In this document: piece after piece, positions 1-13,870 of the stretch
Layout of the letters: each line of letters opens with the position of its first letter
How positions within the stretch are numbered: position 1 is the stretch's first letter
Source of the DNA: the human T2T-CHM13v2.0 reference genome, Homo sapiens
Assembly: GCF_009914755.1 (NCBI RefSeq)
Contig: NC_060942.1
DNA: 64,000 bases
Strand: one strand, 5' to 3'
Notes under the pieces: model-generated
Told to the model about the DNA's origin: nothing
Databases searched by the model: none
Seen by the model: only the letters and a program-made list of their open reading frames with translations
Program-made: the position numbers and the translations under genes

Positions 1-1864
1 AGCTGAGATAGGCCAAAAGTTAGGCCTCTTGCACCAAATAATTAGCCGAGTTGTGAATGGAAAGGAAAAGTTCTTGAGGGTAATTAAAAGTGCTACTGCA
101 CTGAACACACAAATGATGAGAAAGTGAAACACCTTTATTGTTGATATGGAGGAAGTTTTAGTGGTCTGGCTAGAAGATCAAATCAGCCACAATATTCCTT
201 TAAGCCAGAGCCTACTATAGAGCAAGCCCCTAACTCTTTTTTATTCTCTGAAAGCTTGGAGAGGTGAAGATGTGCTAGAAGGGAACTTGGAAGCTAACAG
301 AGATTAGCTCATGAGGCTTAAGGAAAGAAGCCATCTCTATAACCTAAAAGTGCAAGGTGAAACGGCAGTGGCTGATGTAGAAGCCACAGCAAGTTATTCA
401 GAAGACCTAGCTAAGATTATTGATGAAGGTGGCTATGTTAAACAACAGATTTTCAATGTAGATGAAATTGGAAAAAGATGCCATTGGGCTTTTATAGCTA
501 GAGAGGAGAAGTCAATGCCTGGCTTGAAAGGATAGGCTTACCCTTCTGTTAGGTGCTAATGCAGCTGGTGGCTTTAAGTGGAAACCAGTGCTCATTTGCC
601 ATTCCAAAAATCCTACAGCCCTTAAGAATTATGCTAAATCTATTCTGCCTTTGCTCTGTAAATGGAACAGTAAAGCCTGAGTGACAGCACATCTGTTTAC
701 AACATGGCTTACTGAATATTTTAAGTCCGCTGTTGAGACTTACTGCTCAGAAAAAATATTCTTTTCAAAATATTACTGCTCATTGACAATGCAGTGGGGT
801 CACTGAAGAAGCTGACAGAGATGTAAAAAGAGAATAATGTTTTCATATTACTAATGCAATACCTATTCTGCAGCATATGGATCAAGGAGTAATTTTGACT
901 TTCAAGTCTTATTATTTAAGAAATGCATTTTCTAAGGCTGTGGCTGCCATAGGTAGTGATTCCTCTGATGGTTCTGAGCAAGGTGAATTGAAAGTCTTTT
1001 GGAAAGAATTCACCATTCTGGATGCCATTAAGAACATTTGTGATTCGTGGGAGGAGGTCAAAATAGCAACATTAACAGGACTTTGAAAGAAGTTGATTCT
1101 GATACTTATAGATGACTTTGAGGAGTTCAAGACTTCAGTGGAGGAAGTCACTGCAGATGTGGTGCAAATAGCAAGAGAACTAGAATTAGAAGTAGAGCCT
1201 GAAGATGTGACTGAGTTGTTGCCATCTTAGGATGAAACTTTCACAAGTGAGGGGTTGCTTCTTATGTGCAAAGAAAGTGGTTTCTTGAGATGAAATTGAC
1301 TGTGGGTTAAGATAGCTGTGAACATCGTTGAAGTAAAAACAAAGGACTTCGAATATTCCATAAGCTTAGTTGATAAAGCAGCGGCAGGGTTTAAGAGAAT
1401 TGACTCCAATTTTGAAAGACGTTCTGCTATGGGCAAAATGCTATCAAACAGCATCACATGCTACAGATAAGTTTTTTGGGAAAGGAAGAGTCAACTAATG
1501 CAGCAAATTTTATTGTCAGCTTATTTTAAGCAATTATCATAGCCATTCCAGCCTTCAGCAGCCACCAGCCACCCTGATCAGTCAGCAGCCATCAACATCC
1601 ATGCAAGACCCTCCGTCAGCAAAAAGATTATGACTCACTGAAAGCTCAGATTACTGTTATCATTTTAAGTAATAACGTATTTTTAATTAAGGTATGTAAA
1701 TTGATTTTTAGCATAATGCTATTGTACAGTTAATAGACTACAGTATAGTGATAGCTTTTATATGTACTGGGAAACCAAAACGTTTATGTGACTTACTTTT
1801 TTGCAACATTCACTTTATTGTCGTAGTTTGGAACTGAATTTGCAATGTCTTTGTGATATGCCTG
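1..1864 (+). mobile_element. Tigger1 (TcMar/pogo-like) DNA transposon relic, 5' part outside the window; transposase broken by stops and frameshifts
   Basis: ORF fragments 311-535 (..[19 protein letters not shown]) and 877-1086 ([16 protein letters not shown]..) match the Tigger1 DDE transposase as recalled. The element ends in a TIR-like ..GATATGCCTG followed by TA (1865-1866). Confidence 0.92.
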
Positions 1865-3049
1865 TATAACATTTTTTATTGAGTCCTCATATGACTAGAT
1901 AGAGTCTTGATTACAGCATTATAATCACAATATTTAAAAAATTATTATATATATTAGGACTTTTTTGACAGTGGTTGCAAAGAATTGTTTCCTTCAGTGG
2001 CTTTGAACTTGAGGTTGTTCAAGCTTGTAGGTTAAAGTTTATTACATCATCTTTAATATTTTTTCACTATTTATTCTGAATACTTGGTTCTCACAATATT
2101 CTCAAAATTGTCCCATTTTCAGATCTTAGAAACTTATATTCATTTGTTAAAGAGGAATATAGTCTGTAGCATGGGGAAATTCATTGTCTCATGCTTATCA
2201 CATGTGGCTGTTTCTGTCAGTGATACTTTTACAACTCTTAATGCATCAGTTCCCAAACTATTCTGGGGAATAGTTGTTCTATGAGATACTGATGGTTGTT
2301 CTGTGAGAGGATTATAAAGTATAAAAGTGTGGGAAATACTGTATAATTTATTCTTCAGAATTTAAAATAAATTTTAGCATATTAGATAATACAGTAAATG
2401 AAACTACTTAACCATATTTAATACAGTCAGGCTATATTTATTGTATGGAAGACTGCATTTCTTTTAGATGGATTTACCTATTAAAATACCTATTTTGCAA
2501 AACACAATTTTGGTAATATTGTCTTACTGCAATTTTGGAAATATCTTTGAAAAGTTATTTGCAAAATTGTCTTTGGCATATTGCTGATCTATCTCCTTTA
2601 GGGAATCCATCCCTTTTAACAGCCTTCTTTCATTTTTATGCCTATCTTTATGTTATTCTAAAGAATAATATTTTCCCTTGTGGATAAATCTTGAGCATGT
2701 CTATAGAGTCTCCTGGGCTATCTGAATTATACTTAGTGGTAAGGAAAAAATTAAAATTTACCTTTTAAAGAGAGTCAATACTCTGGCTTTTATTCGTACT
2801 GGGATGTAGACTACAAGGGCACTGGGTGCTTGATCATGCAGGGTATAAGTGGCTCAATGATAACAGCATATGATGGTTCATATGCTCATTGCTCTTTTGT
2901 ATTGTATTAGACTCCTGATTAGTGTCTCACTGTCTGGGTTGTCTTTGCTCTAAAGATCCTATTGATTTTTGTATTGGACACAACAGCTAATGTACTATAC
3001 TGCACACACTGTTTACCTTAGTAATGCTAAAAGGCTTGATAGATATTAG

Positions 3050-4090
3050 CACATCCACAATACAGATCACCTTCTGCAAACACATTCTTCCCTTACACCT
3101 ATCAATATGATGCCACTTGCTCCGATTTTCTTCCTACCTCTTTCTACTTTTGCTTAGTCTTCCTAACAGGATCTACTTTACCTCCTCATTCCTGTTACAT
3201 TAGTATTCCTCAGGACTCTGCTTTAAGCCACCTTCTCTTTTGGTAAATATTCTTCCAATGTTCTCATCTATACCCATGTTTCCAACTACACTTTATTTGC
3301 TAATCATTCCTATTTGAAAACAATATTTACCATTGAGCATCTTGCCCTATTCTCAGTTACTGACTAGACATCTTTATTTGGATGCCATCAAGATATCCTT
3401 ACATCAACATATCCAAAGCCTTCATTTCTTGTTTCTAAATACTGTTTCCCTCTTGTGCCTTTTCCTGTTCTGATGTTTGGTGCCAGCATGTACTCAGTTA
3501 GCAAGCCTTATTCCTGGGAAGCATCTTCCACATCTTTTTGTCTCATCTTTCTCAGCCCCAGTGATCACTCAGTGCCATCAATTCTGGTTTGTATACTTAT
3601 CTTGAATATTCTCCTTCCTCTCTGTTTCCTCTACCTGAACAATCTTAAGACTTTTCATCATTGGTTCCGCTTGCTCTTGATGCTAGTTAACAGAAATCCC
3701 TGTCTTAGTCTTGCCTTTGTCCAGGGCATCCTCTACACTGCAGTAGGAGTAACATATGGAAGACATCTACTGGGAATTATAATCAGCATCTCAACCTGAT
3801 GTAGTGCTAAAACAAACCTCCTCTGCCTATAGTCTTGTCTTTTAAAAACTAATTAGCAGTTTTCTACGTTTCATTCCTAAGTCCAAAAATTCTTGATATC
3901 AGCCTTGCCTGCCCTCTTTCATACCACACATTTAATCTATCATCAAATTATGCTGGCTCAACCTTCAGGATGTAATCAGAACCTAACCATTTCACGCTGC
4001 CTCCAGTGCGGTTATCCCAGTCCAAGCTACTATCATTTTTTTCCTGGATTATTGTAAACCCTATATACTAGTGTTCCTGGTAGATCTTTA
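3050..4090 (+). mobile_element. L2 LINE fragments (highly diverged)
   Basis: CT-rich sequence resembling the L2 ORF2/3' region (e.g. tctcatctatacccatg, gacatctttatttggatg, gtccaagctactatcatttttttcctggattattg). Boundaries are approximate. Confidence 0.6.
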
Positions 4091-4100
4091 TCTGCTAAAG

Positions 4101-4416
4101 CTATGCTGTCTAGTACAATAGCCACTAGCCACTTGAGGCTTTTGAGAACTAGAAATACGGCTCACTAGAATATGAAATGAGATGTGCTATTAAAAAGATC
4201 CACTGGATATTGAAGAATTCATATTCAAAGAGAATGTAAAATATCTCATTAACAATATTTTATATTGAATATATGTTGAAATAATATTTTCGATAGTTTG
4301 GATTAAGAAAATGCATTATTGAAATTAATTACATGTTTCTTTTATTTTTTCCAGCATGATTAGTAGAAAAATTGAAATCACATATGTGACTCACCTTTAT
4401 ACTATTAGACAGCAGT
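4101..4416 (+). mobile_element. MER33 (hAT-Charlie) non-autonomous DNA transposon
   Basis: Begins ctatgctgtctagtacaatagccactagccac and ends ctattagacagcag (inverted termini). The interior resembles the recalled MER33 consensus (gaatgtaaaatatctcatt..tatattga..atgttgaaat). Confidence 0.8.
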
Positions 4417-6789
4417 ACTCTAAATATTTTTCTAAACACAGCAGTCAGAGCTACCCTTTGGAAATGTCAGCTCTTATCATTCTTTGGACCAACACCCTCC
4501 AAAGGCTTTCCAGCCCCCTCAAGGGAGAAGGCAGTCTGTATAGTGGGTGACAAGGCCCAGTGTGATCCTGTCCCCTCCGCTCCTCTTCCTTCCACTTTCT
4601 GCTCTCTAGCTCCAAGGGCCTCTGTGCAAGCCCCACCTGAGGGCCTTTGCATTTATATTCTCTTCGCTTGGCTGTTTCCCAGCTAGCTGTGTGGCTTGCT
4701 TTTGCATTTCTTTCTGCTCAAATGTCTCTTATTAATTCTATTAGAGAGGCTCATCCTGATACCCTATTTAGAGCCGCAATCATCTTCCCCGCACATACTC
4801 AATGTGAATATTTTCTTCATGTTTTGGCTTTACTTTGAATGACTCCTCGTTGTCTGTAGAATGAAATCTAGATTGCTTAGTATTTCTCGGTGCACCGTTA
4901 TTATTTAGCCACTTTCTAACTCCAGCACTCACTGTTCTCAGCAACTCTCATACCATGCAGTTAGAATCACTTGTAAGAAACACAAAATAAGAAAAAAGTG
5001 GTTTAGAAAATAGAGGTTTAAAGGATTATTATTAAATGTAAATATATTATTGCACTGAATTAACATTCATTCTTCTTCAAACATTGTATGATATGCAAGG
5101 AGGAAAGTTTATTTAAACCTTTGAATTCCAGTTGGCACCCATTCCTTAAAATGTATGTTAATAGTATCCATACCAAAGACAAATGATATACTTACCAAGA
5201 AAGAGTATAAACCTTTATAAAAGTATCTCTATGTGAGTAAGTTTTCTTTATTAGTGTTTATTTTCCTTTGGAACAAAGATTATGATCAGAGTTTTTCTCC
5301 TCCTAATGAAATAGGAACTATAACTTATCAATAGTTAGATACTTCATTATAAGACAGGTGATTTTGGGAATGAACATTTCTATTTTGGCTAATCAGGAAA
5401 ACACATTGTAACTAACTTAGGAATAAATAAATCTTTCAGAAATGTTTATTGTTCCAGTTCATTCAAATATATCTTTTGTACAGTATTTCTTAAAACCCAT
5501 AAAATTAATCGTGTATTTAAAACACTTTATTGGCATTTATTTCCTAAATCAAATTCAGCACTAGTATTTAATTTTACTGTCTGTTACAGCCTGGGGATCT
5601 GGCAGTTAAAATTATTTTTCTGTTTTAAAATAAAAATATTTTCCTCCAGGGCTAGCTTTCATATTCTTGAATGTGTTTATGTCACACTGCCTTGCATTTC
5701 CATGTGCTGAGATCTCGAGAATCTGTCAGAGCTAATCTGGATCTGGTATTTATTTGTGTCTTAAAATTATGCTGAAATTTTAATTACTAACTAATCATGC
5801 CCCTGGCTTGGTAGGATATATGGAACTAAACTTCTGTATATCAGCTACTGGAGTTAAATTTTAAATCCTTCACTACTCAAAGCAAGGGCAGTACAATAAA
5901 CTTTTATTTACCATCTGCAAGATGCTAAGTGTTACACCGACTATAAAAGTTTATAAGACAAAATCTAAGTCCTCAAATGCACAATAATTCTAATCCACTG
6001 TGTCTTCTATACATGTACTCCACAATGAGTAACTCTTTCTACCTCTTCAGAGAACTTGCCTTCCACCTATTAGTCCTAATTGAAATCTATCTGTACAATA
6101 TGAATACCTTTTCCCTTTTAATCTTTCTAAATTGAGTTGCCATTTTCTCAAGGCTGCTGGAATCACAAGGACATATATTCAAAGTTAATATTTGTAGAAA
6201 AATTTCAGATTTCATAGAGGTATATCATTTATATGACTATCTTGTCCTCATCCTTATTGTCTTTACCAAAACTCCTTAATAACATTTCTTAAAGACTTAC
6301 ACTCAAGGTTGGCCATCATTTCATCCACCCCCATCTCCCAGAATCATCCTGAGCAACTTTAATGTCTCCTGAAATGTTCTCCCAATGACTTTACCTTCTT
6401 AATCCTGAAGACCTTCACCCAGTCATAAATATATCTCAGATTTGTCTTTCTTTTGTTGCCTTTTACTGAAATACTCCGATACCCTTTCTAGCAATGTCTC
6501 AGTTTCATTTTTCCTTCTCTCTTCTGTTACACAGCTACCAAAGTCATCTTTTTAAGCACATACCTTTTAGGTTTTTTCCTTGGCTTCAAAAATTTGATAC
6601 GTTTCCCACTACCTAGAGTGGTGCTTCACAACTTTCCACCATCATGGCTTATATTGAAAAAGGTAATACATATGCATGAGTAAACTGAGGGGGAAACTTG
6701 GACCTGGAGGCCACTAACCTGGGGCCTATGGTACATTTACTGGGCTGCTCCCATGTAGAGCATGAAGCCCAAGCTCTTTAGGTTTGGTG

Positions 6790-8350
6790 TCTGTCTTAGG
6801 AACCTCCTCAGCTCTTTCCTCCCGAAACAGGGCCTGGAACAAGAACTGTAGGACAGGTCATTTTAAAGCCAAAGCCACGGGTTAAATAGGGTGAGACAGG
6901 GAAGAGAGAAGCCCTTTGGACAACTGTCGCTCATTTATTGGAGAAAATGTGTAGAATGAGCCACAGAACTGTTCCACAGGAGGACAGCAGGAGAGTGAAG
7001 CATTTTTCTACAGTCTGTTGTCTCTCATGAACTGGGAGTTGCGCCCAGAGACAAACTCTGCATCTCCAGGCTGTACCTGCAGGGGAACTTGAAGCTCTTT
7101 TTGCTTCAGAGAAAGTCTTAGAGTGTTATAGACTTATGTTGGAACTAAGTGGATTCAACTGTTTACCCTGTTTGCTCTGTACTCATGTAGCCAAGATGAT
7201 ATAAAGTGGAGTATCAGAAATGTTTGGTGTAGACTTCCTCTTGTACCACTCAGATCTTGTGCTTCACGTTAAGCTCCCTCTGTCTTTAACTCTTTAAAAA
7301 GTAACTGGTCATAATATTAATGTATTGGAAAGAAGGAAAAAATGAAAATAACAAGACTTATGACCAGAAGCTTAGTGGATCAGCTATAGGCTGTGCCAGT
7401 CTCAAGCTGGTTTTAAGGATGTTGTAGCTCATCATCTCCCTCCTTCATTACTCATTTCTGATTTTCTCACTCTTAGTCGGCACTTCTACTAGAAGTGGCC
7501 CAGACCGCCATCCCTGAGGAGTTTGAGCCATTGGTTGTCTTGCCCTGTCAGGATGTCAATCACCAGGCATGAATAACACCAAGAGATGTCCCAGGGAATC
7601 CCCAGCGTTCCCAACACCCTTCTGTCCATCCCTTCCCTATTGCAGCAGTCTTATTTCCTCATGATGGTTAGGGCTGATTGATTATCCTATCTGTCTCCTT
7701 TCTTTGCCTACTGGTCCAACAGAATGAATAATACAAAGTAACCAGACAAAGCTTTGGCTACAGTGGGTCCCTTACATTGTCCACTAGTGCAGTTGTTCTC
7801 AACTAGGGATGATTTTGCCTCCACAGGACATTTGGCCATGTTTGGAGATGTTTTTTGTTGTCAAATTGATAGGGAGTTGCTCCTGGGATCTACTGGGTAG
7901 AGTTCAGGGATGGTGCCAAACATCCGACATTACACAGGACATGCCCCCACTAAAAAGAATTATCTGGCCCCAAATGACAAGAGTGCCAATCTTGAGAAAC
8001 CCTGCTCTAATAGAAGTGATTCACCGCTGGGAACCTGGACTTCTAATCCCACAGAGACTAGAGCTATGGGGACAGAATGCATGCAGTCTGCAAGTGGTTG
8101 TTTGGGAATGATAGTGCAAAGGTTCTTTCATTCTGCCCCTTAGTTCCCAGATCCATGTAGTCTAGCCATTGGGAACATAGCACCAAACAGCATCCATTTG
8201 GTTGAGTGCATAAACCACACTGCAGAGGATAGTGTCCTAGAGTTATCCAGTCAAAAGATGGGGAAGCTGAGACATTCATTCATATATCAGGGCTTTGGTA
8301 AACCTATGAGGTGGGACATTGGCATGGTGATGTAACTGTACATCAGTCAT
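6790..8350 (-). mobile_element. Ancient ERVL-class element: internal (integrase C-terminal) remnant with probable LTR portion, interrupted by MER20
   Basis: The minus strand around 8140-8230 reads VVYALNQ..GAMFPMARLHGSGN, resembling the ERVL integrase motif AVYALNQRPIYGAVSPIARIHGSRNQG. 6790-7230 looks LTR-like. Boundaries are approximate. Confidence 0.5.
7790..8004 (+). mobile_element. MER20 (hAT-Charlie) DNA transposon, full length
   Basis: Termini cagttgttctcaac...ttgagaaaccctg. Internal ggacatttggccatgtttggagat and aagaattatctggccccaaatg match MER20. Confidence 0.9.
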
Positions 8351-9677
8351 GCTGAACCCAGGCGGGTGAAAAGCACGTACAAGGACCAAAAGTATTTGTT
8401 CTATGTAGAATATATTCAGAATATAAATACAGAGGATTTTTCTTTATTGCCAGTGAATTTCCAGCACCCATACAAGTGCCCTGCACATAGGTTCATATGA
8501 GTGGCGTAACAAGTATCTGTTGAATAAGATGAAATAATTGAGCATGAGTAAACAATAAATCAATTAATAAATGAAATCCTGCCTGAAAATTTTCAAATGT
8601 ATTGAATATTTTAGTGTGGTTACCAGTGCCATCTTAAATGAAGACCCTCATGATCTCGAATCTGTGGCCTCCCTATAAATGTCACAGCGTCAACAATAAG
8701 CTTATCTTGCATTTGTTCTCAGTGTCTCTCTTTGCTGGCTTTGATTAGACATTATCCAGCTTAAGATAATATACTTGTTCTTTATGTTCAATATTCTCCT
8801 TTGCTCCTGAATGATGATTGAACTGAAACATGCATGAAGGCATTATTTGAGTTAAATTTTAGAAGAGTGATAGTATTTCAATAGGTGAAAATGGAGTGTA
8901 GAAAACATCAAAAACAAACAAAAAAAGTGAGGATAAGAAATCTCTAAAAGTGTGTTTTCAGGTAATTATAATTAGTGCTTAGGATATATGAATTCTATAT
9001 GTGGAAGTAACAGGAAATCTTTGAAGATCTAGTTGGGGTTACAGTTTGCCAGGCCTTTTAGTACCAGGTGAAAGCATCTTCACACCTTCATAAATGCCCC
9101 AGTTACTGATAGTTCATTATGTTCTGCTTCTACAGTAATGCTCATGCTCGTTGACAGTATACCTTATGCTTTTATCTCTAACCATTCTGTCTGGATCCTC
9201 TTAGACTCTCATGCGGCTGCATCAGGTTCTTCCTACACTCTCATGTCCACATACATATATTCTCCGAGCTTTTACATTTTGAACTTCTTAATTCTCACTC
9301 ACCTAATGCTTGACATTGTTTAACTTGTTATATGTTTTAAATTCACTCACCAACTACATAAGAAGCCAGCCAAGGAGAACACTAATTATTTCTGTCTCCT
9401 ACACATCAGCAAGCACAATGCATACATCTAAACTCCTAGTATTCATCCCAGGAGACCAATCTTTTGTTGGGTCCCTTTCCTCTCCGCCTCCTACCCTGCA
9501 CATGCTCTCGCTGGAGCTCCTGCTCTCTCTCTCCCTTCTCCTTTCTCTGTCTCCTTCCCCCTTCCTCCTCCTCACACATACACTGCCCAACACCACTCAA
9601 TTTTTGCTTCTTTCCTGCATACTTTTGCTTTGACTTATTCCTGATGGAACCTTGTTTTTGTCGGCTTATTTTCCTAG

Positions 9678-9800
<123 letters not shown>

Positions 9801-10281
9801 TGACATATTGGAGTACACATACCGTACTGAGCTTGTACCTTTCTCTGATTTCTCAGTCTTTTCCCCGACACAGTACACTTTAATTTAGTAAAAGCTCATA
9901 TCCCTTTCCAAATGAGTTCACTGATTCTTTTGTTATACTTGACATTATTGATGTCAGATATTTTTGAAGAAAGCATAATTTTATCTTGGACATCATAAAA
10001 TTTTTGATGCAGCAACATTTTCTTGCGGATGGTAATTTTAATGACATTGTTTGATCCATTATGCATTCTCTTAAGCATCCTGGCACCTAAAGAAACTTCT
10101 TTTAACGCTCTCTTCCGCGGAAGTTACTGCTTCACCTTATCCTTCCTTTAATCACCAAGTTTCTTGAAAGACTACAGAATGCCCAATGCTACTGTATTTT
10201 TCCTCTTTACACACTCAAACTTTATAGTCAGGGATGGGCCCACTCTACACAACTGAAATATTCCTCCTAGAGAAGAATACT

Positions 10282-10587
10282 AGCCAGGCGTGGTGGCTCA
10301 CTGGCCTGTTATCCCAGGACTCTGGGAGGCCTAGGCAGGCAGATCGCTTGAGCTCAGGAGTGAAGACCAGCCTAAGCAACATGGTGAAACTCCATGTCTA
10401 CAAAAAATACAAAAATCAGCCAGGCATGGTGGTGCATACCTATAGTCTTCAGCAACTAGGGAGTCTAAAGTGGATGGATCACCTGGGCTCAGGAGGTCAA
10501 GGCTGCAGTGATCGACCTACTGATCATGCTACTGCACTCTAGCCAAGGCAACAGAGTGACACCCTGTCTCAAAAAAAAAAAAAAAAA
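10282..10587 (+). mobile_element. Alu SINE (old, AluJ-like)
   Basis: Dimeric Alu with an A-rich linker (tacaaaaaatacaaaaat) and poly(A) tail, many substitutions. Confidence 0.93.
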
Positions 10588-10609
10588 TTACTGATGGCAA
10601 ATTCCAATT

Positions 10610-11745
10610 TTCTGTTCTCAGCCCTTACATTTCAAGTTCCTTCACCAATATCTCATTTGTTTTTTCACCCCATCCGACTTGAAACCATCTACGTTAGATT
10701 TTAAAAACAGATTATAAATTATTTTTCTTGGGCTACGTTTCTGCCAGCCCTTGCTCAGCTTTCATCAGGATCTCCTATTCTTCCATCTGATGCCTCCAGC
10801 ATTTTATTTTCTAATCATAGTATTCCCTAAGCTGCCTCATTCACCACCTTGGTTTTAGCTATTGCCATCGTGCCAAGAATTTTCAAATCTGGCTTTCACC
10901 CCCTTGCCTAATCCCCCTACTCCTTCCCCAGTGTTTTATTTTCAAATGCTTAGCAGATCTCACTAGCTAATAACAGGCACTTTTAACCAAAATGCCTAAT
11001 ATTAAATTCACGAGCTTCTCTTCCCTCTCAACTCCTTCTTCTGTTTCCTCTATTTCTGTAATGTCACAACTGTCCTCATAGTTCCTCAGTTTAAAACCTT
11101 ACTGATGTCTTTGACCCTCTTCCTTTTCTCCACACCTATCTGGTCATGAACTGTTACTTGTACTTGACCCCTCTTCAGCATCCTGTTGCTACTGGCCCAG
11201 CTGTAATCTCCACCTTTCCTGTGTGGTATTCAGCAGTCCTATAACTGCAGTCCTCCAATTACTTCACTCTGTTGTCAGACCTGTTTTTCTACACAGCTTA
11301 TTTGGCCATATTCCCTCCACACTGAATGCCACCAGAACCTCCCTCTGTCTCTCATAGAAAAATGAAGAAGTTTCTTTAGAACATCTATTGGGTAATTGGC
11401 CTCAGCTTTTATTTCCCATTTTATTTCTTGCTGTTTTACTCACAATTGGCCACTCAAAAGATCATAAACATATGGATTTGTATCTCTGTGCCTTGTGATT
11501 TAATTACTTTATAAAAGCCTGAGCAACCTTCAAAATCTAACTCAAGAATCAGCTCCTATATGTGGTCCTCCTTAATCGACCTAGGCAGAATTAAGCGCTT
11601 TACTTTCTATATTTCACTACATTTATTATTATGGCTTATACAGGGCTTCATACATTGTATTATAGTCTATTTCCAGCAGACTGATTTCCTTAAGGACAGT
11701 GAATATACTCTCTTTTATTTGTAGCCCCTAGCAGGTAATACATTT
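10610..11745 (+). mobile_element. L2 LINE fragments
   Basis: Diverged L2-like text (cctctatttctgtaatgtcacaactgtcc, atttccttaaggacagtgaatatactctcttttatttgtagcccc). Boundaries are approximate. Confidence 0.55.
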
Positions 11746-11752
11746 GCTAAAT

Positions 11753-11867
11753 GCTTTAGCATTCTTCTAAAGCATTTAGCTTTAGCATTCTTCTAAAGCA
11801 TTTAGCTTTAGCATTCTTCTAAAGCATTTAGCTTTAGCATTCTTCTAAAGCATTTAGCTTTAGCATT
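11753..11867. repeat. 26-bp minisatellite, ~4.4 perfect copies of GCTTTAGCATTCTTCTAAAGCATTTA
   Basis: Read directly: units start at 11753, 11779, 11805 and 11831, with a partial unit at 11857. Confidence 0.97.
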
Positions 11868-11991
11868 TTTATGAACATCTTGAGTGATGTTCATAAAAAG
11901 AGAAGATGTAGAAATGTTATCATTATTTGTCCTTGTACTTTTCAAGATCCATAAAAGTTTACTCAGATGAATTACATGTTTTCTTTATTAA

Positions 11992-12150
<159 letters not shown>

Positions 12151-13289
12151 TAAGTACTAGAGTATTTTTTCTCATTTCTCTGAGAAAGAAATGAAAATGT
12201 AATTCTCTGCTTCACATAGCACACTCATATGCTGTAAAACTTAATAAACCTGTGATAAAAGGCAATAGTCCCTCAGTGTAAGAAATTGCAGATGAAATTA
12301 TAGTGGGATATCAGCACTCAAATTTTTAAAAAATGCATTTTCAAGGGTTTATAACTTGTTCATGAAATTTTATTTTGGGCTGAAAATAGCACATGAAATC
12401 TTAAAGTAGTCACTTTTGAATTTCTTAATAGATTTGAGTAAAATTATCCTGTTTTCAAGTATGTTCATGAATTAATGCTTTATAGATAAACAATTTTAGT
12501 CATGTATTTAATTCTCACACTTTTCTAAAAATATTGACTGTGTCTAATGCATTTTAATCTTTGTTTAGTCCTTCTTTTGGGGAGAGCCTGAAATGTTATC
12601 TTTTGCTTTATCTTCCTCTTCAAATGTCATCTGTCTTTATTATCTGTATGTGTGCTGCTTTTTTTAAGTGACATGAGCGTTTACATCATAGCGTGGTAGC
12701 AAATGAACTAACCCTGAAAGCAGTTTCACCTTTGCCTCAGGTTTAACAGAGACACATTCTGCTTTGGCAATATTAGTGTCTTAGACAATCAGATCCCTAA
12801 AAAAGGAGGGGTTTAAGAACTTACTATTGACGGTCACTTCAGATCCCCCTTAGAGGAACTTATGCTCCAACTCCCACATACAAACCAATACTTGAAAGTT
12901 GTTATTTTGTGTAAAGGACACAGATGGTTGCAGGTAACAAGACCTATGTCATGTGATCTCATTTCACAAAATTACACTTGTAAATGGGGAAAAGAAAGAC
13001 ATGCCAGAAGGAGTCTCACGTGAGAGCTCTTCATGTAAAGAAATTAGATAATTAACAGACTGCTTGGAATAGGGTGCTCAGAGTATGCTACCCTTCATGA
13101 ATTGTCCTAAATGGCAGTCCTTTTGAGTAGGAAGGCCTGTTTTTAATTGCTGTGCCAGGATATATATATTTTTAAGCAAAACCAAATAAAGATAATTAAT
13201 GTCTTTTCTCAAAGATTAAAAATGTGACAAGCTAGTTGTTATATGTCTTCACATGAAGTCACCAACAATATCACTCAAGCCTGGCTGCA

Positions 13290-13375
13290 TCAAAATCTAG
13301 GAGTTGAGCCCAGGAGTCTGTGTTTTGGAAGCTTTCCAGGTCATGCTGATGCCCAGCAGGATTAAGAACCCTGGA
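13290..13375. mobile_element. MER5-like (hAT-Charlie) fragment
   Basis: gagcccaggagtctgtgttttggaagctttccaggtcatgctgatgc..attaagaaccctg resembles the MER5A end. Confidence 0.55.
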
Positions 13376-13689
13376 GGATAAGATTAAAGACCACTTAGGA
13401 GCCTTCTTCCCTCTGCTTTTGCCTATGAAAGAAAATGCGGGGAGCTCTCTTTTTAGTAATGGCAGAAGCATAACTGAGATAGTACCTCCAAAGCATTGGT
13501 TCTTAATTTTTTAGTGATAGACCCATTCTTTTATTAATTTAATGTATTTATCTAACATCTCCTCTGTGCCAGACACTCTCTTGGATGCCAGGGATGCAAC
13601 TGTTTGTAGGACTACCTAAGCTCTGCTCCCAGAGAGCCTCAGTTCAACGGACCTACATTACAGAGAGCTTTCTTTCATGCAAAAAATAA

Positions 13690-13870
13690 TCATTGAGTAT
13701 ACACTGGCTCTGATGTGTTTCTAAGAGCTTTGCAAATATTTAATCCTCCCAACAATTCCATAAGATGGATACCATTATTCATAATTTTTTTAACTTAGGA
13801 AGCTGAGGGAAAGTGAAGCTAAGTAATTTCCCCAGGTTTATAACCGTGAGGTTATTAAATAACTTGCTTG
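13690..13870 (-). mobile_element. MIR SINE fragment
   Basis: tttaatcctcccaacaattccataagatggataccattatt..ggaagctgaggg..aagtaatttccccagg is a MIR core in reverse orientation. Confidence 0.65.

Noticed and set aside
311-1086. Domesticated Tigger transposase gene
   Set aside because: Multiple stops and frameshifts leave only 69-74 aa fragments.
11753-11867. CRISPR-like array (palindromic ~26-bp repeats)
   Set aside because: The units are directly adjacent with no unique spacers, there are no cas genes, and the context is a eukaryotic intron. It is a minisatellite.
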